Below are positions 45,970 through 56,772 of a stretch of 64,000 bases of DNA, piece after piece. Made by a program: the position numbers and the translations under genes. The first letter of the stretch is position 1. Each line of letters starts with the position of its first letter. The stretch is from an uncultured Gemmatimonadales bacterium (GTDB taxonomy: Bacteria; Gemmatimonadota; Gemmatimonadetes; Gemmatimonadales; GWC2-71-9): the NCBI GenBank assembly GCA_963844035.1, contig CAWJMT010000002.1, forward strand, positions 1 to 64,000, written 5' to 3'. The notes beneath the pieces were generated by a model that did no database searches, had not been told where the DNA came from, and saw only the letters and a program-made list of their open reading frames with translations.

Positions 45970-46553
45970 GCACGACCCTGACGCCCGCCGAGCAGGCGCG
46001 CAAAGAGTTCACCGCCCTGGCGACGCTTGCCGGGCGCATAGCGGCGGAGCACGCCGACACCGTCGTCCGGTTGGCGGGCGTGTACGCAGCCGCGCTCAAG
46101 CGTGGCGGCACCATCTTCTTCGCCGGGAACGGCGGGAGCGCCGCCGACGCCCAGCACGTCGCGGCCGAATACGTCATCCGCTTTACGCACGACCGGCGGG
46201 CGTTGGCGGCGGTGGCCATCACCACCGATACGTCCGTTATCACCGCGGGCGCGAACGATCTGGGGTTCGACGAGATCTTCGCGCGGCAGACCGAGGCGCT
46301 GGTCCGCAAGGGCGACCTGCTGGTGATCCATTCCACCAGCGGCGGCAGCAAGAACATGATTCGCGCCGTGGAGGTGGCGAAGGCCAAGGGCGCGACGGTG
46401 GTCGGGATTCTCGGCAAGGACGGGGGACCGGTCCGGGCCATGGTCGACGACTACATCGTGATCCCGTCGGCCGAAACCACGCACATCCAGGAGCTGCACC
46501 TCGCCGTCGAGCACGTGATCGTTGCACTCGTGGAACGGGAGCTCGGGGTCTGA
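45966..46553 (+). CDS. gmhA: Phosphoheptose isomerase (SIS domain)
   Basis: AGNGGSAADAQH, ANDLGFDEIFARQ, STSG, HIQELH. Confidence 0.9.
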   Translation: MSTTLTPAEQARKEFTALATLAGRIAAEHADTVVRLAGVYAAALKRGGTIFFAGNGGSAADAQHVAAEYVIRFTHDRRALAAVAITTDTSVITAGANDLGFDEIFARQTEALVRKGDLLVIHSTSGGSKNMIRAVEVAKAKGATVVGILGKDGGPVRAMVDDYIVIPSAETTHIQELHLAVEHVIVALVERELGV

Positions 46554-46573
46554 CCTCCAAGGCGGTCGAGGGC

Positions 46574-47745
46574 GTGACGTTTCCTGAACGACTATCGATT
46601 CCACCGGAAGTGCTGGACATCGCCCGGACCCTCGAAGGGGCGGGTTACGAGACCTGGTGCGTCGGCGGCGCGATCCGGGACAACCTGCTCGGCGTTGCAA
46701 ACCACGATTTCGATCTGACCACCGCTGCGCCTCCGCAGGAGGTGCGCCGGTTGTTCCCGCGCACCGTCCCGGTAGGCATCGAGCACGGTACCGTCGCGGT
46801 GCTCGATCCGCGCGACAAGCTCCACGAGGTGACGAGCTTCCGAAAGGACATCCGCACCGATGGCCGCCACGCGGTCGTCGAATTCGGCGTGTCCCTCACG
46901 GACGACCTCGCGCGCCGCGATTTCACTATCAACGCCATCGCGTATCATCCGCTGAAGCACGAGTGGCGCGACCCGTTTGGGGGGGAGGCCGATCTTCAGA
47001 AGAAGCTGATCCGCTCGGTCGGGGATCCCAACTGGCGGTTTCAAGAGGACTATCTCCGGATTCTGCGGGCGCTCCGGTTCAGCGCGCGCTTCGAGTTCCG
47101 GATCCATGCCCCGACGCTCGAGGCGGCGAAGGCGAATGTCGCAGGGTTGGGGCACCTCTCCGCGGAGCGGGTGCGGGACGAATGGTTCAAAGGGATCGCC
47201 ACGTCGGTTCGGGTCTCGAAGTCGCTCGCCCTGTGGCAGGAGGTCGGCGCGATCCGCATCTGGCTTCCGGAAGTCTCGTTGCAGGGGGAGGAGGGACGAG
47301 GGAAGCGTGAATTGGACGCGCTGCCCCGAGATGCGGTGCTGATCACCGCGTTCCTCTCACGCGATCCCGCCGCCACCTTGACGCGTCTCAAGTGCTCGAA
47401 CCAGGACATCGAGCGCGGCCGGGCGATCGGGCACTGGCGCGACAAGTATCCCGACCCGAAGCATCTTCCCGGCCGTGCGGCGCTGGTTGTCCCAGGCGGG
47501 AGGGTACGCCGACGACCTGCTTACGCTTCCCGCGTCCCCCGTCCCCCTTGCAAAGGTCGTTGCGTCCATCCGCGCGGCGCAAGGATCCCCTGACGCTCAA
47601 GGATCTCGCGGTGACGGGGGATGATCTGCTCGCCGCGGGCGTTCGGCCCGGTCCCGACGTCGGGGCCACGCTCGAACGCCTGCTGGCCGAGGTGCTCGAG
47701 AACCCGTCGCACAATACGCACGCATATCTTCTGTCGCGTGTCTGA
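46574..47745 (+). CDS. cca: CCA tRNA nucleotidyltransferase (frameshifted)
   Basis: VGGAIRDNLLG, DFDL, DLARRDFTINA, RFQEDYLRILRALRF, LAVTGDDL...GPDVG. Confidence 0.92.
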
Positions 47746-48460
47746 CGCGCTGATGTACGCCCTGCTCGCGGCGCTCGCCAACGTCGGCGGAGCGCTCGTC
47801 CTGTCACGCGGGGCGACCCGTGGCGTGCTGGTGATCGAGCACTCGGTGGCGTTCGGGGCGGGGTTCATGCTGGCGGTGGCGATCACGGAGATCTTGCCGG
47901 AGGCGCTTCGCACGCAGCGGGTCCGGCAGCACCGGCGCTCGTGCTGGCAGGCTACCTCGCGGTGCACCTGACACAACACACCGTCACGCCGCACTTCCAC
48001 TTCGGCGAAGAGACTCACGCCGTGCAGCCCATGGCGGGGACGAGCGCGTTGGTCGGGCTGCTGCTGCACACGTTCTTCGACGGGGTCGCGATCGCGAGCG
48101 CGTTCCCCGTGGGACCGGTGCTGGGCACGATGGTGTTTTTCGCAATCCTGACTCCACAAGTTCCCCGAGGGGCTGACAATCGCCAGCCTGATGATGGCGG
48201 CCGGTCGGTCCGCGCGGGCGGCGGTGGCGTCGGCGGGGCTGCTGGGGCTCGCGACGGTGGTTGGAGTAGTGGTGACCGATTAGGTCGGGTTCCTCGTGCG
48301 GCACGGCCTCGCCGTGTCCGCCGGCGTGACGATCTACGTGGCGGCGTCGAACCTGGTGCCGGAGTTCCAGGGGAAGAAGGGGTGGAAGTTGCCGACGGCG
48401 TTCTTTCTCGGGGCTGGAGTGTTCTTTCTTACGAAGACGGTGCTGGACGCCCTGCTCTAG
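47738..48460 (+). CDS. ZIP family metal transporter (frameshifts and one internal TAG)
   Basis: FGAGFMLA, PHFHFGEETH, LHTFFDGVAI, HKFPEG, YVAASNLVPE. Confidence 0.85.
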
Positions 48461-50205
48461 CCTGGCGCGGGGCCCGCCTGCGAGTTGCCGCTTGATCCAT
48501 CCGACGACCCGCGGGCCAAGGGCCCGCCGTGTGGTCTGCCGAGCCCACCCTTTGACCCGCAACGCCTGGATCCCCGGGGAATCACCCACGAGCACCTCCA
48601 CGAGTGTGGGGTAGGGGCTGGTCACGGCGACCCGTAACTGAGGCCGGACATCGCCGGAGAGTCGTACGTACTGCGTCCCCAGCGCCCGGGCGAACGACGC
48701 GAGATCGGGTGTGCGAAGGGTCACGTCGTGGGCGCGACCGAACTCCGCGAGCTGTTGGAGCCGGATCTGATTGAGCTGACCGTCATTGAACACGATCACC
48801 GTCAGGGCGATGCCTTCGCGCACGGCGGTGAGCAGCTCCGTTCCGGCCATCACGAGGCCACCGTCGCCGATGACCGCTACCACCGGTCTGGTCGGCGCGG
48901 CGAGCCGGGCGCCGATCGCCGCCGGGATTCCGTAACCCATCGATTGGAAGTCGTTCGGAACGATGAGCCCGCGGCGAGCCCGCACTTCGTAGTAGAGCCG
49001 CGCGAGCGACTGATGCAATCCGCTGTCGGTGACGAGGATGCCGTCGTCCGGCAGGGCTTGGCGCAGCGCCGCAAACAGCGCTGCACGCCGTGCCGCCGGC
49101 CACGTCCGGGAAGCGGGGCTCTGGAGGCCCGTGCGCAGGCGACGCGCGTAACTGGTCCCGCCACGTAGCCAGCTCCGCTGCAGACCACTCGGACCGGCGC
49201 TGCGGATCGTCCCTCGCATCTCTGCACCAGCCGCTCGAACACCTGCTCCGCGCGCGCACACACCGCGAGCTGCGCGGGGTAGTTCGCACCCAACACGCTG
49301 GTCGCCGTGTCCACGTGAATGAATCGATCAGGCGGCAGCTGCAGGGCGAATCCCGCAGTGCCGTTTTGGGCCAGCTTGCACCCGACGGCGAGGATGCAGT
49401 CGGCACGCTGCAGCAGCTGGTTCAGGCGGACCACGTTGCCGCGGACGTGGTCGAACCCCAACGCCAGGGGATGATCTTCCGGCAACACTCCGCGTCCCGC
49501 GGGCGTCGTCACGACGGGCACCGTCCACCGCTCTGCCAGGCGGCGCAGATCGGCTGCCGCTCCGGCTGCTCCCTGGCCCGCCAGGATTACCGGCCGTCGC
49601 GCCGCCAGGAACCGCGCGGCGACCGCATCGATCTCCGTTGCGTCACCTCCAGCAAACGGTGCTGTGACGAGGGGAGTGTCCGCGGCCGTGCCCGACATCG
49701 CTTGCGCCGATGTGTGCAACATGACGGGCCCCGGCTCGCCCTGGGTGGCCAACTCGTATGCGCGTACCACGGCCGGCCCCAGCTCTTCCGCCCGCTCAAC
49801 CTCTACGACTCCCTTGACGAGCGGACGGGCGATCGCAGCCTGGTCGATCGCTTGGTGGCGAAACGCACGCCCTGGTCCCTGCGCCGGCTGGCCGGTGATG
49901 AGCAGCAGCGGCACCGAGTCGAGCTTCGCTTCCGCCAGGCCCGCCAGCGTGAAGGCGAACCCGGGCCCGGGGATAGTGACCACGACGCCCACCTTGCCGG
50001 ATGCGCGCGCATATCCGTTTGCCATGAAGGCGGCACCCAGCTCATGCGTCGTGAGGATCGAGCGGAGCGTGCTGCGGCGCAACGCATCGTACAGCTCCAC
50101 ATTCTGGGTCCCCGGGACCCCGAACACGTACTCGACGCCCAGGGCCGCGAGCGTCGTGCACAAGATCTCTGCACCATGGAGCGCGGCGGGGCTCACGCCG
50201 CCCAC
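48458..50205 (-). CDS. ThDP-dependent enzyme, acetolactate-synthase-like (frameshifted)
   Basis: VFGVPGTQN, HELGAAFMANGYAR, PGPG, TDSG, MGYGIPAAIGA, GDGG...FND ThDP motif. Confidence 0.88.
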
Positions 50206-50223
50206 CGCAGGACGTCTCGAACC

Positions 50224-51538
50224 CTAGACACCAGCACGTTCCCCAGCGGTCATGGTGCTCGAGTTCGCCGAGAAGATGCTCGTTGCTCCGGTCGGGGCGT
50301 GGCGCTGCGGCAGCTTCACGATCGCGGCATCATCCGGCACGGTCAGGCGAACCATGAGATTCCGCAGTTGACGGCTCAACATCGTGCGCAGGTCGTTCCA
50401 CACCGGATAGGGGTCGTTCCAGCGAAACAGGGGTCCGCAAGCGCCCAACACCGAGCGCACCCAGCCGGCGAATGAGAGGTGACCGCGTTGGCGCAGTTCG
50501 CGATAGGCGTGGTAATCGTAGTACAGGTATGCGCACCGTCGTCCTACCTGGTACGACGTCACGGGCTCAACCGGCAGGCCGAGCGCTTCGCGATATGCCA
50601 TCATCACGACGTCGACCCCGCACTGTGCTGCGAAGGCCACGTACCACCACGGCCGCACGTTGACTTCGATCAGCTTGAACCGGTGGTCGCGTTCGTCGTA
50701 CTTGAACTCGGCGCTGAAAATCCCGCGAAAGCCCACGTGGTCGAGCAGACGACCCAATGATTCCCGGGCGTCGGTGACTTCGCTCAGAGGTACGCTGACC
50801 GTCAGTGTGTTGTTGCCGAAGTCGAGCGGGTACATCCGCAGGCGGCGCCGGGCGAACAGGGCGGCCAGCCGTCCTTTGGAGTCGATGAAACCGTCAAGAT
50901 GGTAGTGGCGGCTGGGCGGACCGGGAATGTACTCCTGGAACAGCAGGGTGTGCCCTTCATTCCGCGCTTCTTGCCAGCGCTGCGCCGCCTCGTGATGGGA
51001 CCGGACCCAGAAGCCCTTTGTCCCGAACCGGCGGAAGAAGCGCTGCGAGTCGTGGGGCTTGAGGAACGCATGCGTCAGCGCGTCGCCCGGAATCGCGGCG
51101 ACGTCGGCCGCGCTGTTCGAGCAAGAGCGTCCGTGGGTGTGGCACGTTCGGCGGCACGCTAACGCCTCAGCGAGCTGCCCTTTGTCGGCAAGCCGCTCGA
51201 GCACGTGCACGGCGCGAGGCACGCTGGGGAACTGCTCGGTGATCGGACCCTGCAGGGCCGCAATGCGCACCGCCCAGAAGTCCGAGCAGGGAATCAGCAC
51301 CGCGCGCGGAACAGGCAGCCCCTCGAGGTAGGCGGCAAGGTCGTGCTCCGGCGTGGCGGCGCTCCGCGAGGGCGGCGCTGGCTCGGAACCAACGGGACTG
51401 AGAGACGAGGTGCGGGTCGTCGCTGACGACATATGCAGGCACACCTGCGGCCTGCAGGATGCGGACGACGCCCAGCGCGGTGGGTCCGTTGCCGAACACC
51501 AGCGCTGGGACGCACCCGGGCATCCCGGTGCGGGTCAT
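50224..51538 (-). CDS. ATP-grasp carboxylate-amine ligase, D-aspartate-ligase-like (frameshifted)
   Basis: ALGVVRIL, VSQSRW, LIPCSD, DK, FLKP, FQEYIPG, AEFKYDERD, KLIEVNVRPW. Confidence 0.85.
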
Positions 51539-51595
51539 TGTGCTGGCTCCTCTACGTTTTTGTGTGAAGCTGCGGTGGGGCGCGGGGGTAGGGAG

Positions 51596-51611
51596 GGCAA
51601 GGGGCGTGCCT
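51596..51611 (-). promoter_or_regulatory. Sigma54 promoter of the ATP-grasp/ThDP operon
   Basis: Minus strand AGGCACGCCCCTTGCC (GG-N10-GC) about 58 nt before ATG 51538; SD GAGGAG. Confidence 0.7.
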
Positions 51612-51816
51612 GAGCCGCGGGAGGCGCGCAGGCGCGCTGGGTCCGGTTTGGGAGGTCCATCTGTTACGCGGGCACGACAACGAGTACGCCAGCGTTAGGT
51701 TGCTGCTGCAAGTTTCGAGTTGCGCCGCTGGTGCGCCCCACGACACTTGTTGTACGTTGCAACGCAGGGAATGCATCCACTCGTCATCGCCGCCACCCCG
51801 ATTCGGGATTCTTCTA

Positions 51817-53213
51817 GTGCCGGTGTCTGACCCCAGCCTCTTTTCGCGCTCCGCCGAGCCGCTCGCGGCACGCATGCGCCCGCGCACCCTGGAGGAAGTC
51901 CTCGGACAGGATCACCTGCTCGGCCCGGGGAAAGCACTGGGGGAGCCGATCCGCCGGGGGGACTTGGGCTCCTGCATCTTCTGGGGCCCCCCGGGCTCAG
52001 GGAAGACGACGCTCGCCCGCATCATCGCACGCTACACCGCCCGCCATTTCGAGCCGTTCTCGGCGGTCACCGAGGGTGTCGCCCGCGTCCGGGAGATCAT
52101 CAAAGGCGCGGAAGACCGCCTCCAGCACGAGGGACGGGGCACGATCCTGTTTTGCGACGAGATCCACCGCTTCAATCGAGGCCCAGCAGGACGCGTTTCT
52201 CCCCTGGGTCGAGAACGGCGTCGTCGCCCTGATCGGCGCTACCACCGAGAATCCGAGTTTCGAGCTGACGGGAGCGCTCCTATCTCGCTGCCGGGTCTTC
52301 GTTCTCGAACCGCTCAGCGAAGCGGACGTCCGCTCGGTGGTGCAACGGGCGCTCGCCGATGCGGAGCGCGGGCTCGGTGCGCTACACCTCGGGATCGACG
52401 ACGACGCGCTCGCGCTGTTGGCGCGGGAAGCCGACGGGGATGCCCGGCGCGCCCTGCAGGCGCTCGAAGCGGCGGCGGAGTACCTGATGGGCAAGAGGGA
52501 AGAGGACGCGGGAAGGGTACGGCCGCGACCGGCGCCGTTTGACCGCTGACCGCGCTGTGATCGCCGATGCGCTGCAGCGCCGGTTACCGCGGTCCGACAA
52601 GAGCGGCGAGGAGCACTTCAACCTCATTTCGGCGCTGCACAAGGCCGTCCGCGGGAGCGACGTGGAGGGGACGCTGTACTGGCTGGCACGGATGCTGGCC
52701 GGAGGCCAGGATCCCCTGTACATCGCGCGCCGCCTCGTGCGCATCGCATCGGAGGACGTGGGCCTTGCCGACCCGCGGGCGCTGCAGGTGACGTTGGCCG
52801 CCAAGGATGCCTATCACTTTCTTGGCACGCCGGAGGGCGAGCTCGCGTTGGCGGAAGCAGCCGTCTACCTGGCGACCGCCCCGAAGTCGAACCGGGTGTA
52901 CGAAGCGTTTGGACTTGCCACGGACGCCGCCCAACAACACCCAGCCGAAGGGGTGCCGCTGCATCTCCGGAACGCATCCGACCGGACTGATGCGCGAGCT
53001 TGGGTACGGTGCCGGGTACAAGTACGCCCACGCGTACGTCGACGCGTACGCCCCGCAGGAGTACTTGCCGGAGGTGTTGCGAGGCGCGGTGTGGTACGTG
53101 CCCTACCGAGTCCGGCTACGAGAAGACTGTCAGGGAGCGGATGGAGTGGTGGGCGGGACTGAAGAAGAAGGCGACGGAAGGAGGGAAGCGACGGAATGGG
53201 GATGGACCAATGA
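51817..53213 (+). CDS. rarA: Replication-associated recombination protein A (frameshifted)
   Basis: [64 protein letters not shown]. Confidence 0.95.
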
Positions 53214-53706
53214 GCTCGTGCCGAGTGTCCGGCTCACTTTCCGTCGTACCGTCTTTCCGTCGCCGTGCTGGTACTGGTGACCGGCTGCGCGACCGTTGGT
53301 CACCTCTCGTTCATCGAGCCCACCGTGGAGCTCAAGCAGATCAACATCACGGGACTGGGGCTGTCCGGGGGGACGCTGGACCTGGTGTTCGACGTGTACA
53401 ATCCCAACGCGTATCGGTTGCGTTCGACGCGGACTCGAGATCGGGCTCGATTTGGAGGGCAGGCACTTTGGCGACGCACTGCTCGAGCGGCCTCTCGACC
53501 TGTCGCCCACGAACCACAGCCAGGTGATCGTGCCGGTGCGTTACGAGTGGGCGGGGATCGGCGCCGGTGCAAAGGGCATTGCTCCGGCGGCAGGCGATCG
53601 GGTACGGCGTGACCGGGGCGGTGCTGCTCGACACACCGATCGGCGAGCGAGCGGGTGGCCGTGCAAGGGACGGGGCGAGGTTCCGCTCGGTGCGTTGGTG
53701 AAGTAA
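53210..53706 (+). CDS. LEA type 2 (WHy domain) lipoprotein (frameshifted)
   Basis: Lipobox VTGC; EPTVEL, GLSGGTLDL, VYNPNAY. Confidence 0.75.
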
Positions 53707-54877
53707 GCGCCCGAGGAGTCGCGATTGCCAGTGCGCCCACCACCCACACCGAGGATGGCGCCCCCCCACTGCGAGATCGGCGTAGGGAGCAGCCCAACGA
53801 GCGGCGGCAGGACTCCGAGGCTCACGAGGATCGCGCCGCCCCCCCACAACGCAGGGCGTGAGCGCGCGCACAGGCCGACGGGTGCCAGCAGCCCAGCCAA
53901 CCAGCAGGCATCAAGCAGACGTGCGAGCCAGGGCGGGAGGTGCTCCGGGTAGAGGAGGATCCCCCAACCGCGCCCGGCAGTGAACCCCAGCTCACGCATG
54001 GGGGCCCCGTTGAGCGTGACCCAGTAGTGTCCCGCCTCGCCCCACACGGTGACGTCCAGCGAGTCCCTCGGCCCGATGCTTTGCAGCGCCTGGAAGACGC
54101 GCAGGTCGGGTTGGTCGAGGCGCCAGGCGGTCGAGCGCGTGCGATAGCGAAATACGAGATCCGCGCGATCGACACCGAGGAGCACTATCTCTCGCTGTTC
54201 GTTCGTCGTACACGCTGAGCAACGGCGCGAGTGCTTGCACTGGCGGTCCGGCGATGGCCCGCACGTGCAACATGGCTCCAGTGAGCAGCAGGTTTCGCAC
54301 GGTGTCCGAGTTTGCAAGCTGCCGCGGCGGCAGCGGAAACGGGCCCAGTGTCGCGCTGAGCACGCGACCGCGATACCACTCCAAATGGCCGAGGTTTGGG
54401 GTCCACTGCTCCCAATAGATCGATCTCGGAAGCGATGGCTCGTAGGAGGAAGCCAGTGGTGGCGACCGCGAGAGGTGCCGCGCTCGCGACGCAGAGCGCA
54501 AGGACGATTGTGGCGCCCCGGGACAGATTCCGGAGTCGCGGCGCATATCTGGCGAGCATGTACCCGAGAGCGCTACCGGTGGTGTTCGTCAGGACATCCC
54601 CGATACTCGAGTCCCGACCTGGAATGAACAGTTGCGCGAATTCGATTCCCGCCGACAAGAGCGCGCCGACGAGACATGCGCGCTCGAGGCGTCGATCACT
54701 CAGGGCCAGGACGACTCCAAGCGGGAGGAACAGGACGACGTTGAGAATCGACGTCCGCCACCCCTCGCTCGCCGCAGACCAGACACCCGAGCATGGGCTG
54801 GGCCACCCACCACCGCTCGGCAGGAGCGTAAGGGCCAGGATGGCGGCCAGCACGATGGCCACCGGTGCAGCGGCCAT
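53700..54877 (-). CDS. VanZ-family membrane protein with C-terminal extension (frameshifted; end approximate)
   Basis: ILNVVLFLPLG, LSAGIEFAQLFIPGRDSSIGDVLTNTTG. Confidence 0.75.
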
Positions 54878-55204
54878 GGCTCACGACAGGAGCGGGTCCG
54901 GCGCCTGACCGGGATCTCGAGCATGTAAGGGATCTACATGGACCGCATGTCGGAGCACGCATGGTTGGCAGGCAGCGGCGGTGAAGGGTGAGTACGTCAA
55001 CGCGTGGCACTGGGCGCTACTTCTTGACGACGTAAGTTCTGCGAGGGAGCAAGGTCACCGCCCGGGGTCCAAGCACCCGGAGCGTCCACGGCCGAGGAGG
55101 ACCTTTCCCGTGACAGCTTCTTCGACCTTACTCCCCGCAGTTATGTCTCGCCGCCTGACCAACAACGCTGCGACCGTCCGGCGGATTCTCACCGCGTTGG
55201 CGTG

Positions 55205-55221
55205 TGCAAAGTTGGTGCCAA
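55205..55221 (-). promoter_or_regulatory. Sigma54 promoter (leftward)
   Basis: Minus strand TTGGCACCAACTTTGCA, a near-perfect -24/-12 match. Confidence 0.65.
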
Positions 55222-55403
55222 TCTGGTGAGGCACTGAGGCTGGGCTCGCGGCGGGCCGAAACGAGCCGAGTGAGGCGAAGGTGTCGCAGGCGGGCATCAC
55301 GGGCCACGGGAGATGATACAACACCGCCACGAGTTTGGAGAGCGAGATTGAGAAGGAAAGAGCGACGCTGGGATCATGGCGAGGCCAAGCGACGGCGCAC
55401 GCG

Positions 55404-55419
55404 TGGCATCCACCTTGCA
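55404..55419 (+). promoter_or_regulatory. Sigma54 promoter (rightward)
   Basis: TGGCATCCACCTTGCA. Confidence 0.7.
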
Positions 55420-55556
55420 ACGCCCATTCCCGGCGCGTGGGGGGGTGGGCGTGTGTTGCCGGTCCTTCTCCTGGTCCAAAACACTCTCCTGCGTCGCCGC
55501 CACCCTGTTTGTCGAAGCCTTCAACCACCCTGCGTTGCACAGAAGAGGCATTTCAC

Positions 55557-55922
55557 GTGGGTTTTTCATCTCCAGCCGAGCCCGGAACTCCCGCGCGACG
55601 CGTGATCGCAGACCGCCGAGGCGGCGCTGACCAACGCGTCACCCGCAGGCGTTCCGTCTTGGCCTCAGTCTCGTCCGACTTGCGGAGGCGCGTGGACCGG
55701 CGCGGCGGAGCCGAGCGGCGGAGTACGCTCGAGCGTCGCAGCCGCTCTATTCGATATGCATTCACAGAACGTCCCAGAGAGCACTTCCGGGACGCGCTCC
55801 AGCTGTTGGAGCAGATGACCGCGGTCAGCGAACTCGATACCGAGGCTCGCGGAGATCTCGGGGCGGCCCTGCAACGGCTCCGCCGCGCACTCGGAGTCTT
55901 GGAGCGTCGTACCGAGACGTAA
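55557..55922 (+). CDS. Small Arg-rich hypothetical protein with DRR/ERR repeats
   Basis: SD GAGG before GTG 55557; DRRGGADQR...DRRGGAERR...LERR, then an amphipathic helical C-terminus. Confidence 0.6.
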   Translation: MGFSSPAEPGTPARRVIADRRGGADQRVTRRRSVLASVSSDLRRRVDRRGGAERRSTLERRSRSIRYAFTERPREHFRDALQLLEQMTAVSELDTEARGDLGAALQRLRRALGVLERRTET

Positions 55923-56091
55923 TCCGCGACTCCTGGCACTTGGGATCGCCCCGAATCTGTAGCTGGGATGCAGCAGTCCGCCCCCGTTTCTGGAGGGCCC
56001 GCCGAGCCCACCAAACACAGCGTAACACCATAGTTGGCAACGATATACGCGCCAAAACCCAGGCGCGGACTTTCAGCCCGGCTCTTGCCCC

Positions 56092-56772
56092 GTGACGACC
56101 GCGAAACCGGGAGCTAGCGGAGCCGGTGTGCGCACCGGGGATCTGCCTTGGGAGGCCCGACGGGATGGAGGGAGGACGGGTGTGAGAGCCGCCGGCCGGC
56201 TGGCGCTCCGGACGTGGGAACGATTGGCTCACCCGTTTCGTCGGTGGGCTGTGTTGCGTCGCCTGAACCGGCGTCCATCACCGGGTTCGGTGCTGGTTGT
56301 CTGTCACGGCAACATCTGTCGCAGTCCCTATGCGGCTGCTGTTCTCCAGAGCCGGCTCGTGCCGCGTGGAGTTGAGGTGGCGTCCGCCGGCTTCATTCAG
56401 CCGGGTCGCCCCTGTCCGGACGCGGCGGTGGCGGTGGCGGCCGCCCGCGGGTTCGATCTGTCCGCGCATCGCTCGCACCTGCTTGCCACGCCGGAGGTGC
56501 ACCGCGCGGATCTGATCCTGGTCATGAGTACGGCACAGCACTGGGCCATACGTGCGCTCTTCGGGCGCCGTGGCCACGACGTGATCGTACTCGGCGACCT
56601 GGATCCAGAACCGATTGAGGCAAGGGAGATTCGCGATCCCGTCGAGCAGCCGAAGGAGATCTTCGCATTGAGCTATTCAAGAATAGACCGATGCATCGGG
56701 GAATTCGTGCGCGTCACCGCTGGGCGGACCCAACCCGTGACGATAAGCGATCGCCGCGAGCAGACCGCGTGA
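56092..56772 (+). CDS. Low-molecular-weight protein-tyrosine phosphatase (Wzb/EpsP-like)
   Basis: VCHGNICRS active loop, SAG, ADLILVM, IRDP. Confidence 0.9.
   Translation: MTTAKPGASGAGVRTGDLPWEARRDGGRTGVRAAGRLALRTWERLAHPFRRWAVLRRLNRRPSPGSVLVVCHGNICRSPYAAAVLQSRLVPRGVEVASAGFIQPGRPCPDAAVAVAAARGFDLSAHRSHLLATPEVHRADLILVMSTAQHWAIRALFGRRGHDVIVLGDLDPEPIEAREIRDPVEQPKEIFALSYSRIDRCIGEFVRVTAGRTQPVTISDRREQTA

Noticed and set aside
48281..48283. In-frame TAG in the ZIP gene as pyrrolysine or stop recoding
   Set aside because: It is a single case in an error-rich gene; TAG is a normal stop elsewhere (ssb, ftsK, recA); no pyl genes are seen.
55050..55280. c-di-GMP riboswitch
   Set aside because: The class I core motifs (GGCAAA...GAAA...GACGCAAAGC) were not found by eye.
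56033..56051. Sigma54 site before the phosphatase gene (TTGGCAACGATATACGC)
   Set aside because: Spacing is GG-N11-GC and the -12 element is poor; it would fit only with an assumed indel.
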